Source: Candidatus Omnitrophota bacterium
Lineage (GTDB): Bacteria > Omnitrophota > Gorgyraeia > Zapsychrales > JBDRMG01
Assembly (NCBI GenBank): GCA_043812495.1
Contig: JBDRMG010000016.1
Span: 66,137-130,136 of the forward strand
Direction of reading: 5' to 3'
Length of the DNA: 64,000 bases
The position numbers and the translations under genes were made by a program. The notes beneath the pieces are model-generated. The model had not been told where the DNA came from, did no database searches, and saw nothing but the letters and a program-made list of their open reading frames with translations. Positions 1-8,636 of the stretch are shown piece after piece; position 1 is the stretch's first letter, and every line of letters starts with the position of its first letter.

Positions 1-558
1 ATGCTGACAGGCCAAAACAACGGCATCCACCCTTGTGGGTTTACCGTCGTGATATTCAACCGTAACTTGACTCTTGCAATCCGGACCCAGGTAATCTAAG
101 ATTTCTGATTTACGAACTTTTTCTACGCGTCGCACGAGACGGTGAGCCAGCATAATCGGTAACGGCATCAATTCCGGTGTTTCATCACACGCATAACCGA
201 TCATGATTCCTTGATCCCCGGCCCCTCCTCGGTCCACACCTTGAGCAATATCCGGAGACTGACGGTTGATCGCATTCAAAATAGAACACGTCTCAGCGCA
301 GAATCCGTATTTGTGATGCGTATAACCGATGTCGATCAACACACGACGCACCACCGATTGGATATCGATATAGGATGAGGTGGTGATCTCACCACCGACA
401 ATCACTAAACCAACGGTAATAAAGGTTTCGCAAGCCACGCGACCTTTGGAATCATGTCTTAAAACTTCATCCAATACGGCGTCGGAAATCTGATCACAGA
501 CCTTATCCGGATGACCGTTACCCACCGACTCTGATGTAATAAAATATTTACCCTTCAC
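1..558 (-). CDS. metK: S-adenosylmethionine synthetase, N-terminal part. The gene runs off the window start; the GTG start is at 556-558.
   Basis: The minus-strand translation reads [33 protein letters not shown]...[17 protein letters not shown], which matches the MetK N-terminal and central domains. A GGAG Shine-Dalgarno sits 7 nt upstream of the GTG. Confidence 0.88.
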   Translation of the reverse strand, partial: MKGKYFITSESVGNGHPDKVCDQISDAVLDEVLRHDSKGRVACETFITVGLVIVGGEITTSSYIDIQSVVRRVLIDIGYTHHKYGFCAETCSILNAINRQSPDIAQGVDRGGAGDQGIMIGYACDETPELMPLPIMLAHRLVRRVEKVRKSEILDYLGPDCKSQVTVEYHDGKPTRVDAVVLACQH

Positions 559-562
559 GTGC

Positions 563-687
563 GAACTCCTTTCAATGAGCCCGCCATTGATTCAGTGGCG
601 GGCGATTGACCCCGCACCTTTTATTCATTCAAACTTTTTTAAGTCGTGCGATTTACAAATATCTGAATAAGAAAAAGGTGCGGGGTA
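563..687. repeat. Composite palindromic intergenic repeat made of an A hairpin and a B palindrome. The A module is CCCGCCATTGATTCAGTGGCGGG (580-602). The B module is an ~80-bp imperfect palindrome, ACCCCGCACCTTTT...AAAAGGTGCGGGGT (608-686).
   Basis: Both inverted repeats can be read directly in the sequence. The same modules recur at 17382-17462, 36252-36284 and 59652-59695. Confidence 0.6.
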
Positions 688-729
688 CAACAAATTATAA
701 TTTTGCTATTTCCTTTCTAACGATAAAAA

Positions 730-1464
730 CTATAAATTATCTTGAGCCTCATGATACGCCTCGATACTTCCGATATCATACCACTTTCCGTCAAAAACAA
801 AACCGTATACATCCTCTTGAGTACGCAGCCATTGAATATATCCTCCGGCGGCATCGGACTTTTTTGATTCTTTTAGGTACCGCTCGATCAGGTCTAAAGA
901 CTCCTGAGGAAAATAATAAAGACACATGGCGATCAGGCTTGATTTCGGCCTTTTGGGTTTTTCCTCAAAAGAGATAACCTTTTTATCCTGATTGAGCTCA
1001 ACCACGCCGAACTTATGAGCCTCTTTAATATTTTGGATATCAAATAAACCGACTGTGACGCGAGGCACATTCATTTTTGCAAATTCAACATAGACGTCGA
1101 TGTTAAAATCAAAGATGTTGTCCCCGCCCACAACCATCAGATGATCGCGGATTTTCTTCTCTTTTAGAACATAACGAATATCTCCGATCGATCCAAGCCG
1201 ATCTTCGTTTGTCTTAGTCTGGTCATTGATAATGTCAATGCGACAAGGTAAATTTGTATGCTGCTTTGCCCAAACACAAAAATCTTGATAAAACTTATCA
1301 TTGGTGACGACGATCACCTCATCAAGCTCTGGTAAATCCGCAATCTTATCCAACAGATAATCGATGATGGGTTTATTTTTAACTTTTAAAAGAGCCTTGG
1401 CGGTATCCGTAATCAACGGATATAATCGTGTTCCGTAACCACCCGCTAAGATAAGAACCTTCAT
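730..1464 (-). CDS. Sugar-phosphate nucleotidyltransferase (NTP_transferase family, glucose-1-phosphate nucleotidyltransferase-like).
   Basis: The N-terminal MKVLILAGGYGTRLYPLT motif is typical of RmlA/GalU-type nucleotidyltransferases. Length is about 244 aa. The ORF opens with TTG at 1470; ATG at 1464 was chosen as the start. Confidence 0.7.
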   Translation of the reverse strand: MKVLILAGGYGTRLYPLITDTAKALLKVKNKPIIDYLLDKIADLPELDEVIVVTNDKFYQDFCVWAKQHTNLPCRIDIINDQTKTNEDRLGSIGDIRYVLKEKKIRDHLMVVGGDNIFDFNIDVYVEFAKMNVPRVTVGLFDIQNIKEAHKFGVVELNQDKKVISFEEKPKRPKSSLIAMCLYYFPQESLDLIERYLKESKKSDAAGGYIQWLRTQEDVYGFVFDGKWYDIGSIEAYHEAQDNL

Positions 1465-1475
1465 ACTCAATGGAC

Positions 1476-3251
1476 TTAACCAGGATCCTTCTTGTTGTCC
1501 GTCGCGTACACTTCAGGAGCTAATTCTTTTAACTTGCCTTGACAAAACTCCTCAACTTCTTTTCCTGAAGATAGTTTTAAGGCTTCCTCGGCCAATTGTT
1601 GGGCATCGGCCAAGCGAACGCTGCGAATTAATTTCTTAATTTGCAGGACATTCAGCGAAGGCATGCTCAATTCATCAATTCCTAAGCCCAGCAAAAGAAG
1701 CGCAAAAGCCGGTTCGCTTGACATTTCGCCGCAGACAGCCACTTTGATATTGTTGCGATGCCCGGCCTCAATGGCCTCTTTAATCAACCGCAAGATCGCC
1801 GGATGACCAGGTTCATACAGATACGCAGTCTGTTCATTCGTTCGATCGACCGCGAGGGCATATTGAACGAGATCGTTGGTTCCGATACTAAAGAAATTTG
1901 AGTTTTTCGCGATCAAATCAGCGGTTAGAGCGGCGGAGGGCACTTCAATCATGACCCCGACTTGTAAATTTTCCTCAAAGGGGATTTTCTCGTCTCTGAG
2001 ATTATTTTTGACCTCCTCTAAAACAAAATTCGCCTGACGTAATTCACCGGCTCCTGAAATCAACGGATACATCAATTTGACTTGACCATGAGTCGATGAC
2101 CGCAAGATGGCACGCAGTTGGGTCTTGAAAATATCCGGTCGCGCCAAACAAAAACGAATGGCCCGCCATCCGAGCGACGGATGCATATCCCGCGGAATCT
2201 GCAAAGCTGAAATAAATTTATCCCCACCCAAATCCAACGTCCTGATGGTTACAGGCAGGGGTTTCATTTCTTCGGCGACCATTTTGTAAGCCTCAAATTG
2301 CTCTTCTTCACTTGGAAGGTCGATGCGATTCATATAGAAAAATTCCGTTCGGTATAAACCAATGCCATCGGCACCCTGCTTCTTGATCAGAGTCACCTCT
2401 TCAGGCAACTCGATATTGGCCAGAATGGTTATTTTCTTTCCGTCGGTCGTTTCGGCGGGTAAATCTTTTAAGTCAACAAATCGATCGCGAAAAGTCTGAA
2501 TACGATCTTGTTCTTTTTGATAAATGTCCTTTGTCATGTCCGTCGGATTGACAATCACCAGACCCATGCGGCCATCCACGATGATAAAATCCTGGTTGCT
2601 GACTTTCATGGTCACATCCGTAAGACCAACCACCGCAGGGATCCCCAAAGATTTCGCCATAATCGCTGTATGGGAGGTCCGCCCTCCGATGTCTGTCGCA
2701 AAAGCAATAATGTTCTTATTGAACATGCTGGCTGTATCCGATGGAGAAATGTCATGCGCGATGATGATCAAGTCTTCATTGATGTTTTCTAATTCATGGA
2801 GTTTCGTTTCGCCGATTAAATTCTTTAAGACCCGGCGGCCTACATCCGTCACATCGGCAATTCTTTCTTTTAAATAGCTGTCCTGCATGCTGGCAAAAAC
2901 CTTCACGTATTTTTTTAAGACCTGGGAAAAGATGTATTCCACGGAAAGCTTATCGCTCTTGATCCGGCGGATGACCTCTTCAATCAGCGTACGGTCCTCC
3001 AGAACCAAAAGATGGGCGTCAAAAATCTGAGCATGTTTGGCATCCATTTCGCTCGCGATCTTTTTCTTGACTTCGAGGATCTCTTCCCGCGTCTTGATCA
3101 AGGCTTCTTCAAAACGTGCAATCTCCAGTGGAATTTCCTTCTCCATGATCGCTCGGGGAGGAATAATAAATTCCTGCTTATCGAGAATGAAGGCCGAGCC
3201 GCTCGCGATGCCGGGTGCGGCAGGTACGCCTTTTAAAACTGTTTCTCCCAT
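1476..3251 (-). CDS. ptsI: Phosphoenolpyruvate-protein phosphotransferase (PTS enzyme I).
   Basis: The 591-aa product carries GGRTSHTAIMAKSLGIPAVVG (PEP-utilising enzyme mobile domain) and the C-terminal TIM-barrel motifs NDLVQYALAVDR and GEMSSEP. Confidence 0.9.
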   Translation of the reverse strand: MGETVLKGVPAAPGIASGSAFILDKQEFIIPPRAIMEKEIPLEIARFEEALIKTREEILEVKKKIASEMDAKHAQIFDAHLLVLEDRTLIEEVIRRIKSDKLSVEYIFSQVLKKYVKVFASMQDSYLKERIADVTDVGRRVLKNLIGETKLHELENINEDLIIIAHDISPSDTASMFNKNIIAFATDIGGRTSHTAIMAKSLGIPAVVGLTDVTMKVSNQDFIIVDGRMGLVIVNPTDMTKDIYQKEQDRIQTFRDRFVDLKDLPAETTDGKKITILANIELPEEVTLIKKQGADGIGLYRTEFFYMNRIDLPSEEEQFEAYKMVAEEMKPLPVTIRTLDLGGDKFISALQIPRDMHPSLGWRAIRFCLARPDIFKTQLRAILRSSTHGQVKLMYPLISGAGELRQANFVLEEVKNNLRDEKIPFEENLQVGVMIEVPSAALTADLIAKNSNFFSIGTNDLVQYALAVDRTNEQTAYLYEPGHPAILRLIKEAIEAGHRNNIKVAVCGEMSSEPAFALLLLGLGIDELSMPSLNVLQIKKLIRSVRLADAQQLAEEALKLSSGKEVEEFCQGKLKELAPEVYATDNKKDPG

Positions 3252-3300
3252 TGTTCTTTTACCTCGTTTTAACTTACAATCACTTGCGCTGGACTTGCCG

Positions 3301-3564
3301 TTATTCCTCTTTCAAAAGAAAGTTCTCTAATTCCTTAACAGCCTCTTGGGCATCTTCTCCGTCGGCCTCTAGAAGAATTTTGCTTTTGCATTCCGCGGCC
3401 AACATCAAAATACCCATGATGGATTTTCCGTTAACCTTCTCGCTATCCTTAATGAGCGTAATATTCGAATCAAACTGGGCTGCCAGCTGCACGAATAAGG
3501 CAGCTGGGCGCGCATGCAAGCCTTGCTTGTTCAGAATTGTAACTTCTTTTTCGACCCGTGGCAT
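3301..3564 (-). CDS. ptsH: Phosphocarrier protein HPr.
   Basis: The 87-aa product has the GLHARPAA active-site histidine region. Confidence 0.85.
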   Translation of the reverse strand: MPRVEKEVTILNKQGLHARPAALFVQLAAQFDSNITLIKDSEKVNGKSIMGILMLAAECKSKILLEADGEDAQEAVKELENFLLKEE

Positions 3565-3585
3565 AAGAAAATGACCCTTAAAGAG

Positions 3586-4827
3586 TTACCGTTTTAGAAC
3601 TCTGTGCTTTTCAATAATCCGTATCAATGCCTTCGTTAGTTTAAACACATCGTGACGGACGTAATCTTTGACGCCCAATAAATCTTCTTCCAAGACTCGA
3701 CAGCTCATGCTCTTAATCTTCTCTGCATCAGGACGGACAGGATAGGAATTCTCATCTTTATAACGCTCGAGCATATCTTCAGGGGCAACAGCATTGTTGA
3801 TCAGGCAAGCCTGAACAATGTTCGGATTTGTATGCTCGATGATAGCCTTGAGGTGATCACTGGCGCTATATTGATCTGTTTCTCCTTCCTGGGTCATCAC
3901 GTTGCAAACATATATCTTAAAGGCGCTCGATCGGGCCATCGCATCCGCCATGCCCTGAATAATCAAATTAGGAATGATGCTTGTATAGAGGCTGCCGGGG
4001 CCCAGGATAATCACATCGGCATGGGCGATGGAGTCTAATGCGTCTTGCGTCGGCTGAGCATCGACGGGCTTAAGAGTCAGCCTTTTTATTTGTAATCCGG
4101 ATTTTGGAATTTTCGCCTCTCCTTCGGCTCTTGTTCCGTCGGTGTATTCTGCGACCAGATGGACATTGCTGACGGTCGATGGAATAACTTTTCCGCGAAT
4201 CGCCAAAACCTTACTCGACTCCTTAACGGCTTTCTCAAAGTCCCCGTTCGTCAATTGCACCATGGCCGTCAAAAAAAGATTGCCGAAGTTATGTCCCTGC
4301 AGTTGCGAGTCCTTGGAAAAACGAAACTGAAAAAGGTCCCCCATGAGAGCCGGCGCATCCGCCAAAGCCACCAAGCAATTTCGGATATCGCCGGGAGCAA
4401 CGATATTAAATTCTTCGCGCAGACGACCCGAAGAACCTCCGCTATCAGCAACAGTCACAATCGCCGTGATGTTTGCGGAGTATTCCTTTAGGCCCATGAG
4501 CAAATTGGAAAGCCCATGCCCCCCGCCGATCGTCACAATCTTAGGGCCGCGCTCCAAATACCTTCGTTGATAAAGAATATTGACGAGTTCTCGTTCTCCT
4601 TCGGGCAAAAACAAAGTGATCAGAGAGATGATCATTTTGCCGATGCCCAAAACGCATAAAATAATACCGCAAATAATAAAAACGATCCCGAAAGATTGAA
4701 CAATGGAATAAGGCTTCGCTGTGAAAACAGCGCCAAGACCAACCGTAAAGATCCCTAAAAGCGTGGTCAAAAACCACCTTTTGATCCTCATGCCAGGGTA
4801 AAACCATTTCAAAAGATTCTTAGGCAT
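3586..4827 (-). CDS. YvcK/CofD-like gluconeogenesis-factor family protein with an N-terminal transmembrane extension.
   Basis: The TIGGGHGLSNLLMGLKEY motif matches the YvcK (UPF0052) P-loop-like signature. Two hydrophobic helices lie in the first ~70 aa. Confidence 0.65.
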   Translation of the reverse strand: MPKNLLKWFYPGMRIKRWFLTTLLGIFTVGLGAVFTAKPYSIVQSFGIVFIICGIILCVLGIGKMIISLITLFLPEGERELVNILYQRRYLERGPKIVTIGGGHGLSNLLMGLKEYSANITAIVTVADSGGSSGRLREEFNIVAPGDIRNCLVALADAPALMGDLFQFRFSKDSQLQGHNFGNLFLTAMVQLTNGDFEKAVKESSKVLAIRGKVIPSTVSNVHLVAEYTDGTRAEGEAKIPKSGLQIKRLTLKPVDAQPTQDALDSIAHADVIILGPGSLYTSIIPNLIIQGMADAMARSSAFKIYVCNVMTQEGETDQYSASDHLKAIIEHTNPNIVQACLINNAVAPEDMLERYKDENSYPVRPDAEKIKSMSCRVLEEDLLGVKDYVRHDVFKLTKALIRIIEKHRVLKR

Positions 4828-4831
4828 TGTT

Positions 4832-5302
4832 TTAGGTTGCTCGGGAGTCTTCTTGTTCTAGTAACTTGAGGACAGTCTTATCGTCCTTCGCCTGTTTCAA
4901 ACTATCTCTGAAATATTTGTCTTTTAAAAGATGGGATATTCTGGCTAAAGCCTTAAGATGCGGTCCGGCTGAGTCAATGGGCGCGATGAGAAGAAAAAAG
5001 ATAAAGGCTGGCTCACCATCCAGTGAATCAAAATCAACACCGTCTTTGCTTATCCCTATCCCTGCGACCAATTTGTTGACATATTCACATTTGCCATGGG
5101 GAATGGCTACGCCTTGGCCGATCGCGGTCGATCCTAACGCTTCCCGAGCCAAAAGGATCTCGATCAATTTGGCTTTATGCCGCTTATCGACGACGTTCGC
5201 TTTCACCAAGGAATTAACAAGCTCTTCAATAATTTCATCTTTCTTCGTGCCTTTGAGATCTGTCACAATAGCTTTAGGGCAAAGAAACTCGCTGATCTTC
5301 AT
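4832..5302 (-). CDS. ptsN: PTS EIIA type-2 nitrogen-regulatory protein (EIIA-Ntr).
   Basis: The product has the EIIA fructose/mannitol-type motif GVAIPHGK with the phospho-histidine. Start was set at the ATG at 5300-5302, which has an AGGAGG Shine-Dalgarno 6 nt upstream. Confidence 0.75.
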   Translation of the reverse strand: MKISEFLCPKAIVTDLKGTKKDEIIEELVNSLVKANVVDKRHKAKLIEILLAREALGSTAIGQGVAIPHGKCEYVNKLVAGIGISKDGVDFDSLDGEPAFIFFLLIAPIDSAGPHLKALARISHLLKDKYFRDSLKQAKDDKTVLKLLEQEDSRAT

Positions 5303-5430
5303 GGAAATCCTCCTATGCGGTGAACTCTTTTTCTTTTTCTGAATCAATTTATTGGTCTTTCCCTCATGAACGGAACAGATAAATACGTCCTTTGTTCCAT
5401 TTTTCAGAAAGAGTCAATAATGAAATGTTT

Positions 5431-5503
5431 AAGCGGCGGATGGGACTTGAACCCACGTCATCCTGCTTGGCAAGCAGGCATTCTACCACTGAATTACCGC
5501 CGC
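5431..5503 (-). tRNA. tRNA-Gly (anticodon GCC); CCA is not encoded.
   Basis: The reverse complement reads GCGGCGGTAATTCAGTGGTAGAATGCCTGCTTGCCAAGCAGGATGACGTGGGTTCAAGTCCCATCCGCCGC. It folds as a cloverleaf with anticodon loop TTGCCAA. Confidence 0.8.
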
Positions 5504-5567
5504 AATGACTATCTTCATCAACGAATCCTGTTTTTCCTGTCTAAATGCGGGCGGCCTATAAATATGA

Positions 5568-5649
5568 TGGGCGAGAGAGGACTTGAACCTCCATGAGTTT
5601 CCCCACATGCTCCTAAGGCATGCGCGTCTGCCAATTCCGCCACTCGCCC
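5568..5649 (-). tRNA. tRNA-Leu (anticodon TAG) with a long variable arm; CCA is not encoded.
   Basis: The reverse complement reads GGGCGAGTGGCGGAATTGGCAGACGCGCATGCCTTAGGAGCATGTGGGGAAACTCATGGAGGTTCAAGTCCTCTCTCGCCCA. Anticodon stem is CATGC/GCATG with loop CTTAGGA. Confidence 0.75.
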
Positions 5650-5674
5650 GCATCGGACGTCTTTTCATAAAATC

Positions 5675-5750
5675 TGGTGACCCACCCGCGACTCGAACGC
5701 GGCACACCTGCCTTAAAAGGGCAGTGCTCTACCGGATGAGCTAGTGGGTC
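5675..5750 (-). tRNA. tRNA-Lys (anticodon TTT); CCA is encoded.
   Basis: The reverse complement reads GACCCACTAGCTCATCCGGTAGAGCACTGCCCTTTTAAGGCAGGTGTGCCGCGTTCGAGTCGCGGGTGGGTCACCA. Anticodon loop is CTTTTAA. Confidence 0.8.
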
Positions 5751-5797
5751 AATGTGTCAAAAAGCTATTGAAGAAATAAATGAAAGCCTCAAAGAAA

Positions 5798-6367
5798 TTA
5801 CTTATCGCCGAATTCCACTAGCTCTTTTTGCTTATCTTCAAGAATGCGATCAACCTCTTGGATGTATTTGTCGGTGAGTTTTTGGATCTCTTCTTGGGCG
5901 CGGAAATGATCATCCTCTGAAATGACGCTATCATTTTTCATTTTCTTGAGGTGATCATTGGCGTCTCGTCGAATCGATCGCAGCGAGACGCGGCCGTTCT
6001 CCGTCATCTCCTTAACGACCTTGGTTAATTCCTGACGTCTTTCCTTGGAAAGTGGGGGAATCGTCAAACGAATAATTTTCCCGTCGTTCGAGGGCATGAC
6101 GCCCAGCTTCGAAGATTGTATGGCTTTCTCAATTTCTGGAATCGCCGAAATATCCCATGGCTGAATAATGATCGATGAGGCATCAGGAATCGTGATGGAG
6201 GCAATCTGCTTAATCATCGTCGGCGTCCCGTAATAATCGGCATGCATCCCTTCAATCAATCCCGGATGAGCCCGCCCCGTTCGGACTTCGGCGAATTCTC
6301 GCGAAACGGAATCAACGGTCTTCTTCATCTTCGCATCTGTTTCTCGGATAATTTCTCTAATGGCCAT
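5798..6367 (-). CDS. frr: Ribosome recycling factor.
   Basis: The 189-aa product shows full-length similarity to RRF (RTGRAHPGLIEGMHADYYGTPTMIKQIASI). Confidence 0.9.
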   Translation of the reverse strand: MAIREIIRETDAKMKKTVDSVSREFAEVRTGRAHPGLIEGMHADYYGTPTMIKQIASITIPDASSIIIQPWDISAIPEIEKAIQSSKLGVMPSNDGKIIRLTIPPLSKERRQELTKVVKEMTENGRVSLRSIRRDANDHLKKMKNDSVISEDDHFRAQEEIQKLTDKYIQEVDRILEDKQKELVEFGDK

Positions 6368-6381
6368 AGCGCACCCCCGTT

Positions 6382-7107
6382 TTATTGGACAACTGTCCCT
6401 ATGGTTTCTCCCAAAACAACTCTTTTGATATTTCCTTTTTTCAAAAGATCAAAAACCACGATGGGTAATTGATTATCCATGCACAAACTAATGGCAGTCG
6501 CATCCATGACTTTCAAATTTTTCTTGAGGGCATCCATGAATCTCAATTCCTTAAATTTCTTTGCCTGCGGATTGCGCAGAGGATCCGAAGAATACACGCC
6601 ATCCACCTTGGTCGCTTTGAGGATGACATCAGCGCCAATTTCTTTAGCGCGCAAAGCCGCCGCGGTATCGGTCGTAAAGTACGGGTTGCCGGTCCCGGCA
6701 ACAAAAATCACGACGCGATTTCTTTCCAGATGGCGCATGGCCCGCCGGCGGATATACGGTTCAGCCACCGACTGAATTTCCATAGCGGATAAAACCCGCG
6801 TCGGGACATCGATTTTTTCCAAAGCATTCTGAAGAGCCAGGCCGTTGAGGACCGTCGCCAACATGCCCATATAATCCGCGACCGATCGATCCAATCCGAA
6901 TTTCTTTGATTCCACCTGGCCTCGAAAGATATTGCCACCGCCCACGACCAAAGCCACTTTAACGCCAAGACTGCGAACCTCTTTGATCTGAGTGGCCAAG
7001 GAGGCACACATCTCGGCATCAATGCCGTGGGCCTTAGCCCCCTGCATGGCTTCTCCGCTGAGTTTCAGAAGAATCCGCTTATAAACGGCTTTCTTATTCG
7101 ACTTCAC
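6382..7107 (-). CDS. pyrH: Uridylate (UMP) kinase.
   Basis: The product has ILLKLSGEA and [10 protein letters not shown] amino-acid kinase motifs. The frr-pyrH-tsf-rpsB gene order is the canonical one. Confidence 0.9.
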   Translation of the reverse strand: MKSNKKAVYKRILLKLSGEAMQGAKAHGIDAEMCASLATQIKEVRSLGVKVALVVGGGNIFRGQVESKKFGLDRSVADYMGMLATVLNGLALQNALEKIDVPTRVLSAMEIQSVAEPYIRRRAMRHLERNRVVIFVAGTGNPYFTTDTAAALRAKEIGADVILKATKVDGVYSSDPLRNPQAKKFKELRFMDALKKNLKVMDATAISLCMDNQLPIVVFDLLKKGNIKRVVLGETIGTVVQ

Positions 7108-7624
7108 CGACTTTGTACCTCACAAATTTGTTGATCAAAATATTCTCACCGATTTTGGCGATCAGCGAATTGAGATAATCTTGGACGGTGATTTTCGGAT
7201 CCTTGACAAACATTTGCTCCATCAGGCAATTGTCTTTGATAAAAGTTTTCTGGTCTTCTTGTTTTTCTAAGATATCCGCGGGAATATTTTCTTTTCTCAA
7301 ATACCGCGGGTTTAAAGCCGCGATATGCATGGCGACATCCTTGGTGAAACGACAGAAATCTTCGTTGCGTGCCACAAAATCCGTTTCGCAGTTCACTTCG
7401 AGAAGAACTCCGATCTTAGACCCTAGGTGAACATAGGCTTCAATGCGCCCTTGATTGGCGGCCCGGGAACCTTTTTTTGCGGCCAACTCCAGGCCTCTTT
7501 CTCTCAAGATTTCCTTAGCCTTATTCATATTTCCCTTGGCATTTTCCAATGCCTTCTTGCACTCAATCACACCGCAAGACGTCATTTCTCGCAACTCCCT
7601 AATGTTTTCAACCGAAATAGTCAT
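7094..7624 (-). CDS. tsf: Elongation factor Ts, short form.
   Basis: The product reads [27 protein letters not shown] (UBA-like N-terminus) followed by [17 protein letters not shown]. Start was set at the ATG at 7624, which has an AAGGA Shine-Dalgarno; the ORF itself opens with TTG at 7639. Confidence 0.85.
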   Translation of the reverse strand: MTISVENIRELREMTSCGVIECKKALENAKGNMNKAKEILRERGLELAAKKGSRAANQGRIEAYVHLGSKIGVLLEVNCETDFVARNEDFCRFTKDVAMHIAALNPRYLRKENIPADILEKQEDQKTFIKDNCLMEQMFVKDPKITVQDYLNSLIAKIGENILINKFVRYKVGEVE

Positions 7625-7652
7625 TTTGCGTCCTTTCAATGATTCTCTCCTG

Positions 7653-8501
7653 TTATTTCTCTTTTTCTTTGCTTAAACGAACCTTGGTGGGGCCTCTTTT
7701 TTCCTCTTCGGTTAATTCCTTGGACTCTTCCAATAACTCTATGTCTTCCGTAAGTTCGATCTCGTTATTCGATTTTCCCTCTGAATCAATGTCTTTTTTT
7801 GCTCCCTCGCTGGTTAAATATTCCTTGCGCCCCTCTATAATGCTGTCTGTCAGCAGAGACGTAACCAATCGAATGGATTTCAGCGCGTCGTCATTGCCGG
7901 GAATCACATAATCAATCAGATCGGGATCTGAATTTGTATCGATGAGGGCCACAATGGGAATTTTGAGCTTGCGGGCTTCGCGCACAGCAATTTCTTCTCT
8001 TTTTGTATCAACGATAAAGATGGCCTGAGGTAATTTTCCCATATCGCGAATACCGCTTAAGTTCCTGGATAGCTTATCTTTTTCCTTGGTGAGGAGGGCA
8101 ATCTCTTTTTTTGTGAGTCTTCCGAATATCCCTTTTTCATTCATCTCTTCGATGGTCTTCAGGCGCTCAATGGATTTCTTGACGGTCTGGTAATTCGTCA
8201 GAAGTCCGCCCAGCCAACGATAATTGACATAGGACATTTGAGCCCTTTGGGCCTCCTGCAGGATGACATCCTGGGCTTGCTTTTTGGTCCCGACAAATAA
8301 AATATGTCCGCCCTTCATAGCGACCCCGTAAAGGAAATCCCTGGCTTGGTTAATACGCTCAACGGACTTCTCTAAGTCAATGATATAGATGCCGCTGCGC
8401 TCCCCAAAGATAAATCTGGCCATTTTGGGATTCCAGCGTTTTGTTTGATGGCCAAAATGGACACCTGCTTCAAGTAGTTTTTTGATTAATTCGTCTGTCA
8501 T
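7653..8501 (-). CDS. rpsB: 30S ribosomal protein S2, with a lysine/glutamate-rich C-terminal tail.
   Basis: The product reads [38 protein letters not shown] Shine-Dalgarno sits 4 nt upstream of the ATG. Confidence 0.9.
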   Translation of the reverse strand: MTDELIKKLLEAGVHFGHQTKRWNPKMARFIFGERSGIYIIDLEKSVERINQARDFLYGVAMKGGHILFVGTKKQAQDVILQEAQRAQMSYVNYRWLGGLLTNYQTVKKSIERLKTIEEMNEKGIFGRLTKKEIALLTKEKDKLSRNLSGIRDMGKLPQAIFIVDTKREEIAVREARKLKIPIVALIDTNSDPDLIDYVIPGNDDALKSIRLVTSLLTDSIIEGRKEYLTSEGAKKDIDSEGKSNNEIELTEDIELLEESKELTEEEKRGPTKVRLSKEKEK

Positions 8502-8636
8502 TTTACCTCCGTAAATGTTTTTCTAAAATTGAATTGATGTAGTATACAAAATAATCGATTTTCTTGCAACCATTTATTTTTAAGTAAAAAGTAAATGTTT
8601 ACATTTAATATTAATAGTATTAATATGCGGACCGAT

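Noticed and set aside
559-729. A SAM riboswitch upstream of metK.
   Set aside because: No SAM-I/II/IV-like conserved core could be recognised. The region is occupied by the A+B repeat element.
2107-2877. Plus-strand ORFs of 60-117 aa inside ptsI. Similar antisense ORFs sit inside most long genes, for example 31105-31548, 34101-34442, 36426-36749 and 41194-41712.
   Set aside because: They lie entirely antisense within well-supported genes, have low-complexity or biased composition and no RBS, and are typical shadow ORFs.
7634-7645. TCATTGAAAGGA upstream of tsf, and a similar TTGAAAGGA upstream of the DUF368 gene at 38432-38440, as extra copies of the repeat element.
   Set aside because: There is no flanking hairpin or inverted repeat. 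This most likely reflects the organism's preferred extended Shine-Dalgarno context, so the Shine-Dalgarno tail is not by itself diagnostic of the element.
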